The translations under genes were made by a program, and so were the position numbers. Of a stretch of 64,000 bases of DNA, positions 20,420 to 31,519 are shown in pieces. The first letter of the stretch is position 1. Every line of letters starts with the position of its first letter. The notes under the pieces were generated by a model. It ran no database searches, was not told the DNA's origin, and saw only the letters and a program-made list of their open reading frames with translations. Origin of the DNA: an uncultured Verrucomicrobiae bacterium (GTDB lineage Bacteria > Verrucomicrobiota > Verrucomicrobiia > Chthoniobacterales > UBA10450); the NCBI GenBank assembly GCA_963834385.1, contig CAWIBO010000002.1, forward strand, positions 672,001-736,000. The letters run 5' to 3'.

Positions 20420-20979
20420 CCCGCGGAGCGAAATCGTAGCTGAAAATGATCTCGAACGGCCCGTCCGGCGCGCCGGGTCGCTCCTGCGGGCGAACGCCGA
20501 GCAAAGCCCGCATGCTGGTGGCCTCCGGATGATCGCGCCAGGCGGCCTGCGCCATTTTCCGGACGAGATACTCGCGCAGATCGGCGGAGGGCGTGCGGCC
20601 AATTTCGTCGAGCAACCCCGCCACGCGCAGGCCGGCGGCCGACGAATGGACGCGGGGAAGTTCCAGGACGACCTGGTCATCCGGATAGCGAATCTCGAAA
20701 ACCAGCCGCAACGGTTCCGGGACGTTCGGGGCAAAATAGCCGTAGCCGCGCTCGATGCCCGCGAGGTGCAGGTAGGAAAGGAGAACCGGGCGCAGGAGGC
20801 CCGCCCGGTCTTTTCCCGGGAGGGCCTCCTCGATCTTCCGCGCGCCCGCGGCAACGGCGCGCCGGCAGAATGGTCAGATCACGCCCGACAAGCCCAAGCG
20901 TCTCGCGGGCGCAAACGGCAATGAGGCAGAGAAAATGGAAGGCGAAAAAGAGTGCCAGGAGACACTCTTTTCGCGTCAC
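20406..20979 (-). CDS. Hypothetical membrane-anchored protein with YGYFAPNVP motif (SdpA/DUF5819-like; frameshift near 20860)
   Basis: N-terminal TM in 20677..20979 frame joins SYLHLAGIERGYGYFAPNVPEPLRLVFEIRY in 20406..20711 frame after removing one base. Confidence 0.6.
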
Positions 20980-21004
20980 GTTTCCGTTCTCCGCCCAGGG
21001 CGCG

Positions 21005-21427
21005 CTATTGGAGCTGGTCGAGCACGAGCTTCATGTCCGCCGTGCTGTTGCTCGAGACCTGCTGCGTCACGTGGCGCCCGATGGCGGTGAAACCTTCCAT
21101 CTTGACCGCCACCCGGGAAGTCGTGGTCAGATCGCCGCGCGCGCTGGTTTTGCCGCTCTTTTTCTCCTTCTCCTTGCCTTTGTCATCCTTGACCCGCAGC
21201 TGATAGACAGCGTCGGTGCTGAGCTTGCTTAGGGCGTCATCGAAGGCCGCTTCGTCCTTCTTGAACTCCTTCTGCTTCTTAATCTTCAGGACGTAATGGC
21301 GGTCGGGTTCAGCGGCCCCATCTTCATTCGATGTTTCGCCGTGGAGAACGCCCAAGGAGATGACCGCCAGGGCGGCTCCCGTGAGCGCTGCGATTTTTAC
21401 CGTGCGAGGTGCAGTCTTCATAGACAC
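21005..21427 (-). CDS. Secreted hypothetical protein
   Basis: Signal-peptide-like N-terminus followed by a Lys/Asp-rich soluble region. Confidence 0.7.
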   Translation of the reverse strand: MSMKTAPRTVKIAALTGAALAVISLGVLHGETSNEDGAAEPDRHYVLKIKKQKEFKKDEAAFDDALSKLSTDAVYQLRVKDDKGKEKEKKSGKTSARGDLTTTSRVAVKMEGFTAIGRHVTQQVSSNSTADMKLVLDQLQ

Positions 21428-21468
21428 CCGTTTTGCGCCTCTCCGGGACGGCGAACAAGCAAAATCGC

Positions 21469-21828
21469 TTAGCCGACCCGGAACCGGAGGTCGCGGACCA
21501 CTTTTGTCCCGAATCTCTGCTTTAACTTCTTCAGGATCTGGGGCTTGGAAATCTGCTCCAGCTCATAGTGCAGGGCCGGCTGCAGGACCCGCACGATCAG
21601 GACCCCGTCCCGCATCGCCACGGGGGCGGAATGGGCGGCAATGAAAGGGCCGACGATTCCGCTCCACGCCTCCATGACCTCCGTCTCGTGGAGGCGCTCG
21701 GCCAGCCCGAGCTTTTGCATCAGCCTGGGGAGGAGATCCGCCGGCGACTGCCAGCGATCGGGCACGCGCGGTTTCTCCGGCAGACCGCGCCATTCGGCGA
21801 GCACGGCGGCGCGCAGGGCGGCATTCAT
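21469..21828 (-). CDS. DUF721/DciA family protein (alternative GTG start at 21843)
   Basis: W..IVG..IAAHS.P...RDGVLIVRV...ELE......IL.KL...FG...V..LRF. Confidence 0.82.
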   Translation of the reverse strand: MNAALRAAVLAEWRGLPEKPRVPDRWQSPADLLPRLMQKLGLAERLHETEVMEAWSGIVGPFIAAHSAPVAMRDGVLIVRVLQPALHYELEQISKPQILKKLKQRFGTKVVRDLRFRVG

Positions 21829-21839
21829 TCCCGCATGCT

Positions 21840-23288
21840 TCACCAGGCGGGCGCGGGTGGCAAGAACGCAGCTGGTACCTGCCGCCGCATGTTGCTCGGC
21901 AGGATGTTCAGTTCCGTGCGGTACTTGGCCACGGTGCGCCGGGCGATGGGGATGCCCCGCTCGCTCAGAATCTCGACAATCTCCTTGTCGCTCAGGGGCG
22001 AGCTCGGGTCCTCGTCCTTGACCAGGTCGAGGATCGCCTCCTTCACGCTCGTGTTGCTCATGCTTTCACCCGTGGCGGTCTGGTAGCCCGGGGTGAAGAA
22101 ATATTTCATCTCGAAAACGCCCTGGGGCGTGGCCATGTATTTGCCGGAGATGGCCCGGCTTACGGTGGTCTCGTGCACCCCCACGGCGTCCGCGATCTGC
22201 ACCATCGTCATCGGCTTGAGATGGGCCGTGCCGTGATCGAAAAACTCGCGCTGCCGGTCGACGATCTGGTGGGCGATGTTTGAAATCGTCTGCTGGCGCT
22301 GGTGGATCGACTTGATCAGGAATTTCCCGCTCCGGATCTTGTCGCGGATGTAATCCTTCACCTCGTTGCCATTCCCGTCCTGGGACATGATGTCCTTGTA
22401 GGTGTTGCTGATGCGCAGGTGGGGAATTTGTTCGCCGTTGAGGATGACCTGGTACTGGTCGTTCACTTTTTCCACGGTGACGTCGGGCAGGACGTAATTC
22501 TGCGGCGCCTGGGCGAAGATGGCGCCGGGGCGCGGATCGAGCTGGGCGATGTTGTTGGCGCACTTCTGCACCTGCTCGACGCTGATGCCCATGCGGCGGG
22601 CGATCTCGGGAAAGCGTCGTTTCCCGAGGTCCTGCATGTGTTCGCTGATGATCTTGTACTCGAGCGCGGTCTGTCTGCCTTCGCGCTTCAACTGGATGAG
22701 GAGGCACTCGCGCAGGTCGCGCGCGCCCACGCCCGGCGGGTGAAAACTCTGGATGAGGGTCAGCATCGTCTCGAAATCGTCCTGGGCGATGCCGGTGTTC
22801 ATGGACATTTCCTCCGGGGTCGCCTGGAGGAAGCCGTTGTCGTCGATATTGCCGATGATCAGCTCGGCCGTTTTGCGATCCCCGGCGTTGAGCACCGTCT
22901 GGTTCAACTGTCCCATGAGGTGCTGCTGCAGGGTCTCCTGCGTGGCGATGGAGTCGAAGAAGAACTGCCGCTTTTCCTCGTCCTCCTGTGAGCGGCCGCT
23001 GTAGCTGCTCGACTGCGCCATGTAATCGCGCCATTCGTTGTCGAGTTTGGCCAGCCGGTCGAACTCCTCCTTGAACTCCTCGTCGCTGGCGGCCGGCTTT
23101 TGTTCCTCGGGGGCCTCGGGATCGGTGGCCAGTTCTTCGAGGACCGGATTGGTCTCCATTTCCTGCTGCACCAGGTTGCGCAGTTCGAGGAGAGGCGCCT
23201 GCAGGATGAGGAGGCTTTGCTGGAGCTGGGGCGCCAGGACCTGCTGCAGGGATAGGTTTTGCGACTGATGCATCCCTTGGCCGGCCAT
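21840..23288 (-). CDS. rpoN: RNA polymerase sigma-54 factor
   Basis: Gln/Leu-rich region I, HETTVSRA, RpoN box ARRTVAKYR. Confidence 0.97.
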   Translation of the reverse strand: MAGQGMHQSQNLSLQQVLAPQLQQSLLILQAPLLELRNLVQQEMETNPVLEELATDPEAPEEQKPAASDEEFKEEFDRLAKLDNEWRDYMAQSSSYSGRSQEDEEKRQFFFDSIATQETLQQHLMGQLNQTVLNAGDRKTAELIIGNIDDNGFLQATPEEMSMNTGIAQDDFETMLTLIQSFHPPGVGARDLRECLLIQLKREGRQTALEYKIISEHMQDLGKRRFPEIARRMGISVEQVQKCANNIAQLDPRPGAIFAQAPQNYVLPDVTVEKVNDQYQVILNGEQIPHLRISNTYKDIMSQDGNGNEVKDYIRDKIRSGKFLIKSIHQRQQTISNIAHQIVDRQREFFDHGTAHLKPMTMVQIADAVGVHETTVSRAISGKYMATPQGVFEMKYFFTPGYQTATGESMSNTSVKEAILDLVKDEDPSSPLSDKEIVEILSERGIPIARRTVAKYRTELNILPSNMRRQVPAAFLPPAPAW

Positions 23289-23368
23289 AACCTGCGAGGC
23301 TAGGCCCTGTGCGGGATGAAGCAAGCAATTTTCACGCCGCGGACGTTGCAAAGCAGACCCTTCCCGGC

Positions 23369-23384
23369 GGGAACACGACTTGCT
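23369..23384 (+). promoter_or_regulatory. Candidate sigma-54 -24/-12 promoter
   Basis: GGGAACACGACTTGCT: GG(23370-71)-N10-GC(23382-83) with TTGCT, just upstream of ATG 23396. Confidence 0.45.
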
Positions 23385-23395
23385 CTTTACGCGGC

Positions 23396-23629
23396 ATGAC
23401 CCGGACCTTCGCTTTTGGCGCCCTTTTCCTCCTGACGCTTGCCGGCCCGCTGCGCGGCCAGGCGCCCGCGCCTTCCGCCGACGAGCAAAAGCTGGCCGCA
23501 CTGGTCCGCGAGATCCAGGCGCAACAGCTTCTCCTTCAGCAAAACCAGACCGCCATCGACGAACGCCTCGCCACCCTGGAGGAAACCGTGCGCCAGGCCC
23601 GCATCTACGCCAGCCGCAGCGGCAAATAA
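23396..23629 (+). CDS. Small secreted coiled-coil protein (paralog A)
   Basis: Signal peptide, heptad-rich helix, C-terminus RQARIYASRSGK. Confidence 0.75.
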   Translation: MTRTFAFGALFLLTLAGPLRGQAPAPSADEQKLAALVREIQAQQLLLQQNQTAIDERLATLEETVRQARIYASRSGK

Positions 23630-23635
23630 CCTTTT

Positions 23636-23899
23636 ATGAAACTCTTTCTTACCCTGCTTCTCCTTATCACAGCCGCCGTCTCAGGCATGGCTCAGATTCC
23701 CGTGGTCCAGGCGGCTTCCCCGGCCCCGGTGGCGGTGACGCCGGCCGCCGCGCAGGCGGGTGAGAACGCGGTGCGCGCCCTCGAGGCGGTGAAAGCAGCC
23801 AATCTCGAGCTGCTCAAAAAACAGCAGGATACCCTGCAGCGGCTCGACGCCCTCCAGAAGGAAGCGGAGCAGATCCGGATCTTCAGCAAGCGCGGCTAG
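23636..23899 (+). CDS. Small secreted coiled-coil protein (paralog B)
   Basis: Signal peptide, heptad-rich helix, C-terminus EQIRIFSKRG. Confidence 0.78.
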   Translation: MKLFLTLLLLITAAVSGMAQIPVVQAASPAPVAVTPAAAQAGENAVRALEAVKAANLELLKKQQDTLQRLDALQKEAEQIRIFSKRG

Positions 23900-23908
23900 G
23901 AAAGCCCG

Positions 23909-25279
<1,371 letters not shown>

Positions 25280-25337
25280 ATTCGCAGCGCGGAGAATATC
25301 GCAAAATTGAGAGAAGGAAAGCGGAAATGAGAGGGGC

Positions 25338-26536
25338 TCAGGCAGGAGCGCCGGCCACCTGGCCGCCGAGCATGCGCCACGGGACGGCACCTTCGTGCGC
25401 GAGGATTCCCTCGAACCAATCGGTTTCCTTCCGGGTTGGGAGCGGGACGGCGATGAGATCGGCGAGAAAGCCCGGGGGCGATCCGGCCGAGGCGATGGCC
25501 CTGGCCCAGCGCGGCGGCGCCGTTGCTCGTGGCGAACCGGAAAAGATCTTCCGGGGGCAGCCCGGGGTGTGTTTTCCGCAGGGCCCGCATTTCCGCCAGC
25601 ATGCTGAAATCGGTGTTGCTCGCCAGGCTGTCAGTCCCGAGGCAAATCCGGGCGCCGGCCTCACGCAGCTCCTCGAGCGGGAAGGACGAATGCCCAAAAT
25701 AGGCGTGACTGCGCGGGCAGTGCACGACGTACGGCGCGTCTTCGCCACCCAGCGTCGCAAGGTCGTCCGGGGCCAGCTCATTCACGTGGGCCAGGATCCA
25801 GCGATGATCCAGGGTGACCAGCCGGGCGAGCGTTTGCACGGGACTCTCTCCTTCGCAATCCTCCATCGGCCGTCCGAGCGCCTGCACGAGTTCAAAGAGC
25901 GGGCCCTCCCTGGTCGCGAAACATTTTCATTTCATCCCGCGACTCGGCGAGATGCATCGTTAAAAGAAAATCGTCTTCACGGGCGTATTCGAGACAGCGC
26001 CGAATAAGCGCGGGCGAGGCAGTGTAGAGCGCATGCGGCGCGAGGGCGCTGCGGGGCCGGCCGCGCCATTTCTCCACGAGGGCGTCAAGGCCGGCAGGTG
26101 CGCGTACATCGATCAATTCCGCGCCCCACCAGATGCGGAGCGGCTCGGTAAAACCGGTGTCGCGCAGCGCGGGATGTCCCGTCAGGTTCAGGACGCTGGT
26201 GGTGCCGAAGGCGGCGGCCTCGGTCATCCCCTCTGCCACGGCCGGCTGGTAATCGCTCTCGCTCAACCGGCTCCGCCATTCATTGATCTCGCGCACCCAG
26301 GCCGTGAACGACGAGGGACGCGCGATCTTCCCGCGCAGCATGGTGTAATCGAAGTGACAGTGCGCGTTGACCAGGCCGGGCAGAAGGGCGCAGTCTTCGA
26401 GTTCAACCGTTTCCTCTCCCTCCTTCGCCACCAGATCGTGACTCACCGCCGCGATCTGCTCTCCCTCCACCCGCACGGCGCCGCCGGGGATGACCGGGCC
26501 CGCCATTGTCACCACCGCGCGCGCCCGGATGATCAT
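25338..26536 (-). CDS. Metal-dependent amidohydrolase (deaminase-like); frameshifts near 25908 and 25473
   Basis: PGLVNAHCH, APHALY, MHLAES, VHCPRSH, LGTDSLASN, G.LADLIAV across three frames. Confidence 0.85.
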
Positions 26537-27180
26537 TTCGTTTCTTTCACCGTCGTCCGGGCCGCGGCCACGAGGAGGGCGCAGGCCTCCTGGCAGAGGA
26601 GAGGCAGACACGTTTCATCACGGCCCGTCTGGTCGTGCAAAGGATCGTATTTTTGCGCCGGCAATAAGGAGCTGGCCGGCGTCCCGGCCCGGTCCCGGGG
26701 CCAAAGAATGGTGCGGAGACAACCGCCCTCCGAGCGGCAGATCCGCGCCACCAGCGTGTTCGCCGCCTCGTCGGAAATCCGGGCCGCCACCCGATACATC
26801 CCGGTCTGGCGTTCCAGCGTCTCGCGGAGAGAGGTCGGCTTCAGGCGCCCGGCGGTGAAAGAGTCGAAGGCGGCGAGACGCCCGGGATAAAAATAATCAA
26901 GCGCCAGCGCCAGCTCCGAGAGACCTCGCACCTGCAGCTGCCAGCCATGGGCAAGGTTGGGCGCCGTCTTCAACGGCCGGAATTTGCCCTCGTCATCCAG
27001 GCGGGCGAGGGAGGCGGCCGCTTCCGGTCCCGATTCTTGTCGCAATCCTGCGCGGCCCACATCGTCACGATGACAGAGCAAAAACAGCCCGGGACCCGCG
27101 GGAAGAATGGCGATCTCTCCCATCCGTCCGCGGCCATCCTCCAGGCACAAGGCGAGGTTCTTCTCGGACTGGCCCGGCAT
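26533..27180 (-). CDS. DR2241-family protein with C-terminal Cys cluster (putative 4Fe-4S)
   Basis: FRPLKTAPNL..GW, DYFYPG, RQTGMY, C....CLR.ILW, CQEAC; adjacent to cbiX-like gene. Confidence 0.75.
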   Translation of the reverse strand: MPGQSEKNLALCLEDGRGRMGEIAILPAGPGLFLLCHRDDVGRAGLRQESGPEAAASLARLDDEGKFRPLKTAPNLAHGWQLQVRGLSELALALDYFYPGRLAAFDSFTAGRLKPTSLRETLERQTGMYRVAARISDEAANTLVARICRSEGGCLRTILWPRDRAGTPASSLLPAQKYDPLHDQTGRDETCLPLLCQEACALLVAAARTTVKETK

Positions 27181-27198
27181 GGTCCGCCGTCCCCGGGC

Positions 27199-27654
27199 TC
27201 AGGAGAGCGGGTGGGCCAGGAGCGCGGCCGCCGCCTCCAGGAATTCCTTGTCTTCCTTGCCGAAAGCCCCGGTCTTTTCGCTCTCGGCATCAAGGATTCC
27301 GACCACCTTCTTGGAATCGTTACAGACCGGGACGATCACCTCCGAGCGGGTGTTGCAGAAGGTGGGCAGGTAGCGCGGGTCGCTCTGCACGTCGGCCACC
27401 ACGATGGTTTCGCGCGACTCGAGTGCGGCCCCGGCCAGGCCCTGCGTGACGGGAAAACGGGGATAGGTGGGCGGTTGCGTGCCCGTGGCCGCGCAGATGA
27501 TGAACTCTCCCCGGGAGACGGTATAAAGCCCGACCCAACGATAGTTTCGCGCGGCCCTGATCTTTTCCACCAGCTCTTTCAATTCGTTTGGCCCGACCGT
27601 GCCGGTCACAACCATGGCGCCGAGTTCCTGCAGGACTTCACGATATTTTTCCAT
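27199..27654 (-). CDS. Stand-alone GAF domain protein (free Met-R-sulfoxide reductase-like fold)
   Basis: WVGLY, GLAGAA, VVADV..DPRYL, SEVIVPV, GILDAES...AF...D. Confidence 0.82.
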   Translation of the reverse strand: MEKYREVLQELGAMVVTGTVGPNELKELVEKIRAARNYRWVGLYTVSRGEFIICAATGTQPPTYPRFPVTQGLAGAALESRETIVVADVQSDPRYLPTFCNTRSEVIVPVCNDSKKVVGILDAESEKTGAFGKEDKEFLEAAAALLAHPLS

Positions 27655-27682
27655 GGGAGGGCCTTTAACTTCGCTCAAAAAC

Positions 27683-28512
27683 TCAGGCAGGCGAGCAGAG
27701 ATCACCGGTCTTTTCCCGGAGGGCCGCCGCCAGCTCGATGATGACATCGGCCACGCCGGGATCGGTGCCAATGGCGCTGGCATAATAAAGCTGGCGACCG
27801 TGCAGGGAGACAGGGTTGCGCCGGAAAACGTTGTTCAGGCTGGCCGAGCCCGGCCGGCTCCGTCTCCATCCCGAGCAGCACCGGGATGTCTTCGAAACTG
27901 TGGAGACCGTCCGCGATGAAGAACGGCACCACCACCACGTGCTTCGTCCGGGTCAACTTCACCCAATCGGAGACCAGGGGCGGCTCCTCCATGTAAACGC
28001 CCTGCACGCTGGCGTAGTCGCCTTCCGCCGCCAGGCGCCGGGCCTGCTCTTTTGCCGCCACCGCGCTGTTGTCGTTCAGCGAAGTGCCATGGCCGACAAT
28101 CAGGAGCGAGGTCTCGGCTTCCGGGACGCCGGGCGCCACGGCGCGCGCGCGGGCGAGCAGAAGCCGGGTCATGAGCGGGTGATTCCCCACCGGCTCGGCA
28201 TATTTCCAGACCTGGTGCGCCTTCTCCGTGACCGGCGCCCGCCAGCTCCAGTTCGCGCGGAATCACGGTCTGGGTGAAATATCCTTCGCTGATGAAATTG
28301 GGCACCACGTAGACTTCGGACAAGGCCCTTTCCCGGAAATACTCGCGCGCGTCGCGCAGGCTCGGCTCCTCCTTCCAGAAGGCGCAGCGAACTTCCCCAA
28401 ACAGATTGCGCCGCCGGATCTCGCGCGCGTGCGCCAGGGTCGGCGCGCTGGAATCGGCGTTGACGGTCGAGCCGTGCCCGACCACCAGAAGCCCTGCCCC
28501 GCGGAAATCCAT
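27683..28512 (-). CDS. CbiX/SirB-family chelatase with two CbiX domains; frameshifts near 28237 and 27850
   Basis: VVGHGS, FWKEEP, VPNFISEGYF; second domain IVGHGT, YMEEPP, PFFIADGLHS..DIP. Confidence 0.85.
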
Positions 28513-28587
28513 GGTTCACTGTGTCGGCAAATCCGCCGGGCGCCAGTGCTTTGACGGGGTGCTTCCTGCAAGCGAACCTGTGGCACG

Positions 28588-29628
28588 ATGAAATTTCGCA
28601 CCTACAAAAACACGGACCTGACCGTGAGCGAGGTGGGGTTCGGGCTCTGGACCATCTCGACCGGGTGGTGGGGGAACTTTACCGAGGGCGAGGCCGTGGC
28701 CCTGATGCACCGGGCTTTTGACCTCGGGATCACCCTCTTCGACGCGGCCGATACCTACGGCAACGGCCTGAGCGAGGAACTCATCGCCAAGGCCTTCCCC
28801 AACCAGCGGGACGAAATCGTGATCGCCACCAAAATCGGCTACGATTTTGTCACGCACGGCGACACGCGCGGGCGCGGCCAGCGCGAAATCCCGCAGGATT
28901 TTTCTCCGGAAGCGCTCGGACGCGCGACCGATGCCGCGCTGCGGCGGCTGAAGACCGACCGGATCGACCTCCTCCAGCTGCACAATGTCCGGATGGAACA
29001 GGTCTACGACGACGCGGTCTGGACCACACTCGAGCGCTTGCAGGAGAGCGGAAAGATCCGGCATTACGGCATTGCCCTCGGACCGGCCGTTGGCTGGCTC
29101 TACGAGGGGATCAACTGCATCCGCGAACGGGCTTTCGCCAGCGTCCAGCACATCTATAATGTGCTCGAGCAGCATCCCGGGCGCGCTTTGCACGAGGCCG
29201 CCGCGGCGGCGGAACGCGACACCATGTTTCTCATCCGGGTGACGCACTCCTCCGGCATGCTCGAAGGAAAATACACCGAGGACACCGTCTTCCCGCCGAA
29301 CGATCATCGCAATCATCGGCCGCGCAGCTGGCTGCTGAACGGCATTAAAAAAATTGACCAGCTCCGTTTTCTCGAGACCAGCGAGCGCACGCTCGGCCAG
29401 GCCGCCCTGCAGTGGCTCCTGGCCGATGAGCGCGTGGCTTCGACCCTGCCCAACATCTACGAGGAGGCACAGCTGGTGGAATTCGCCGGCGCGCCGGAGT
29501 GTCCTCCCCTGACCGCCGAGGATCTCGCCCGGATCGACGAGCTTTATGCCGCCAATTTCGGGCTGCCCGCCGAAGAACCGAAATTCAAGGGGACGATGAT
29601 GGAGCCGGCCGCGGCGGCGTCCGCCTGA
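28588..29628 (+). CDS. Aldo/keto reductase
   Basis: VSEVGFG, FDAADTYG.G.SEE, IATK, SLRRL-like ALRRLKTDRIDLLQLH. Confidence 0.93.
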   Translation: MKFRTYKNTDLTVSEVGFGLWTISTGWWGNFTEGEAVALMHRAFDLGITLFDAADTYGNGLSEELIAKAFPNQRDEIVIATKIGYDFVTHGDTRGRGQREIPQDFSPEALGRATDAALRRLKTDRIDLLQLHNVRMEQVYDDAVWTTLERLQESGKIRHYGIALGPAVGWLYEGINCIRERAFASVQHIYNVLEQHPGRALHEAAAAAERDTMFLIRVTHSSGMLEGKYTEDTVFPPNDHRNHRPRSWLLNGIKKIDQLRFLETSERTLGQAALQWLLADERVASTLPNIYEEAQLVEFAGAPECPPLTAEDLARIDELYAANFGLPAEEPKFKGTMMEPAAAASA

Positions 29629-29638
29629 CCGCGGCGGG

Positions 29639-31519
29639 CTAGTTCGAGCGGTCGATCTCCTCTTCGGGCGTTTCTGCAGGCTCCGCCGGGACGGCGCGCC
29701 GCGAACGTTTCCCGTTGCTCTTGTAAACCTCCTTGAAGACCTGCGCGATCATCGGGGCGGCATGCGTGCCGCCGTGGACATCGGCGCCGACCGCGCCTTC
29801 ATAGACAGCAGCGAAAGCGAAACGCGGCTCGCTCGCCGGCAGGAAACCGGCAAACCACGCGGCCGTCCGCTCTTTTGTCTTTGGTCCCCACTGGGCCGTG
29901 CCGGTTTTTCCCGCGACCTCCACGTTGTCCATGCTGGCCGAGTGGCCGGTGCCCGAGGGACCGTTGACCACGTTGATCATGCCCAGGTGGACCAGGTCCA
30001 TGGAAAGCGCCGATGACCCGAGGGTTTTCTTGGCCCGCACCTGGTAGGCCGTGACCACTTCGTTCTCGACCGATTGCACCTGCTGCACCAGTCGCGTTTG
30101 GTAGAAGGTCCCCTTGTTGGCGATGATGCCCATGGCCTGCGCCATTTGCAGCGGGGTGGTCTCGCAGTCGCCCTGCCCGATGGAGAGATTGGCAATGTCG
30201 CCGTTGAGAAGTTTTCGACCGTGCGCGGCCCTCATGTATTGATCCGTCGGCACCCGGCCTTCCGCCTCTCCCCGCAGGGGAATGCCACAGCGCGCCCCGA
30301 AACCAAGACGCAGGGACCAGTCAATGATGGGATCGGCGCCGATGCGAATGCCAACCTGATAAAACCAGGTGTCGCACGATTCCGTCATGGCCTGGACAAA
30401 ATTCAACGGGCCCCGGTCGACCTTTTTCCAGTTCCGCATGGTGGTATTGCCGATCTGCATCGAGGGGTAACACTGGTAAAGGTCATCCGCGCGGACCAGG
30501 CCGGTCTCGAGCGCGGCCAGTCCGACCGCGACCTTGAAGACCGAGCCGGGCGGGTAGGCCGAGCGATAGGCCCGCGGCAGAAGCGGGATGTCCGGATCAT
30601 CCTGCAGTTCCTTGAATTTTGCCTCCGAGATGGAGGGGATGAACACGTTGGGATCGAAGGTGGGCCAGGAGGCCAGGGCCAGGATGTCGCCCGTGTTCGG
30701 ATCGGTGATGACGATGGCGCCTCGCTTGGCTTTCTCTGCCAGCGCCTTCTCCGCCAGTTCCTGCAGACGGACATCAAGCGTGGTCACCACGGTGTGACCG
30801 GGCACCGGCGGCTTCACGATCTTCTCCGAGGTCTTATTCCCATCCTTGTCGAAAGTGATGTTGTACTCGCCGTGGCGCCCGGTAAGCATGTCGTCGAAAG
30901 TCAGCTCCAGGCCCTCCCGCCCCTCGGTTTCCGGCCAGAGAGTTTCGTGGTTCTCGATGATGCCGTCGGCGGGCCGGCCGGTGCGCCCGGTGTAGCCGAT
31001 GACCGGGCCAGCCATGGCGCCGCGCGGATAGACCCGGATGTAAACCGGGCGCAGCACCGTGCCCTCGGGAAGTTCCTTCGCCGCCGCCACTTCCTTTTCA
31101 TTGAGATTCTGCGCAATCTCAAAGGGAAGAATGCCGCGGTTCTTGTAATGCCGCAGGATCGCGCTGTCGGAGACCTTGAAGTCGCGGCCAACGACCCGGC
31201 GCGCGCGGGCGATCTTGTCCCGCGCATAGGCGATCGCCTGTGCGTCGGTGAACTCGAGCGGGGCCGGATAGGTCACGGCCAGGTTGTAGCTGAGTTTGTT
31301 CTGGGCCAGCGGCTCGCCGTTCCGGTCGACGATCTGGCCCCGCGGTGCCGGAATATCCAGCACATAGGTGCGGGCGTGCTTCTGCGTCTCGTAGGTCGGC
31401 ACAATCTCCTCCGCCGGGCCGACCGAGGCCGCGGGCTCCCCTTCCTGCGCGCGGCCCTGCCCCGGGACGCCAGCGCAGGCCAGGACCAGAAAAGAGAGAA
31501 TGAGAAATCGATCTTTCAT
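29639..31519 (-). CDS. mrdA: Penicillin-binding protein 2 (class B transpeptidase)
   Basis: APRGQIVDRNG, PPGSVFK (SxxK), SCD (SxN variant), KTGTAQ. Confidence 0.88.
   Translation of the reverse strand: MKDRFLILSFLVLACAGVPGQGRAQEGEPAASVGPAEEIVPTYETQKHARTYVLDIPAPRGQIVDRNGEPLAQNKLSYNLAVTYPAPLEFTDAQAIAYARDKIARARRVVGRDFKVSDSAILRHYKNRGILPFEIAQNLNEKEVAAAKELPEGTVLRPVYIRVYPRGAMAGPVIGYTGRTGRPADGIIENHETLWPETEGREGLELTFDDMLTGRHGEYNITFDKDGNKTSEKIVKPPVPGHTVVTTLDVRLQELAEKALAEKAKRGAIVITDPNTGDILALASWPTFDPNVFIPSISEAKFKELQDDPDIPLLPRAYRSAYPPGSVFKVAVGLAALETGLVRADDLYQCYPSMQIGNTTMRNWKKVDRGPLNFVQAMTESCDTWFYQVGIRIGADPIIDWSLRLGFGARCGIPLRGEAEGRVPTDQYMRAAHGRKLLNGDIANLSIGQGDCETTPLQMAQAMGIIANKGTFYQTRLVQQVQSVENEVVTAYQVRAKKTLGSSALSMDLVHLGMINVVNGPSGTGHSASMDNVEVAGKTGTAQWGPKTKERTAAWFAGFLPASEPRFAFAAVYEGAVGADVHGGTHAAPMIAQVFKEVYKSNGKRSRRAVPAEPAETPEEEIDRSN

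Noticed and set aside
21840..21890. Possible frameshift in the rpoN tail (same GTACCTGC word as the leuS indel site)
   Set aside because: Removing a base gives no nearby stop, and the present stop overlaps a GTG start of the next gene; unresolved but not supportable.
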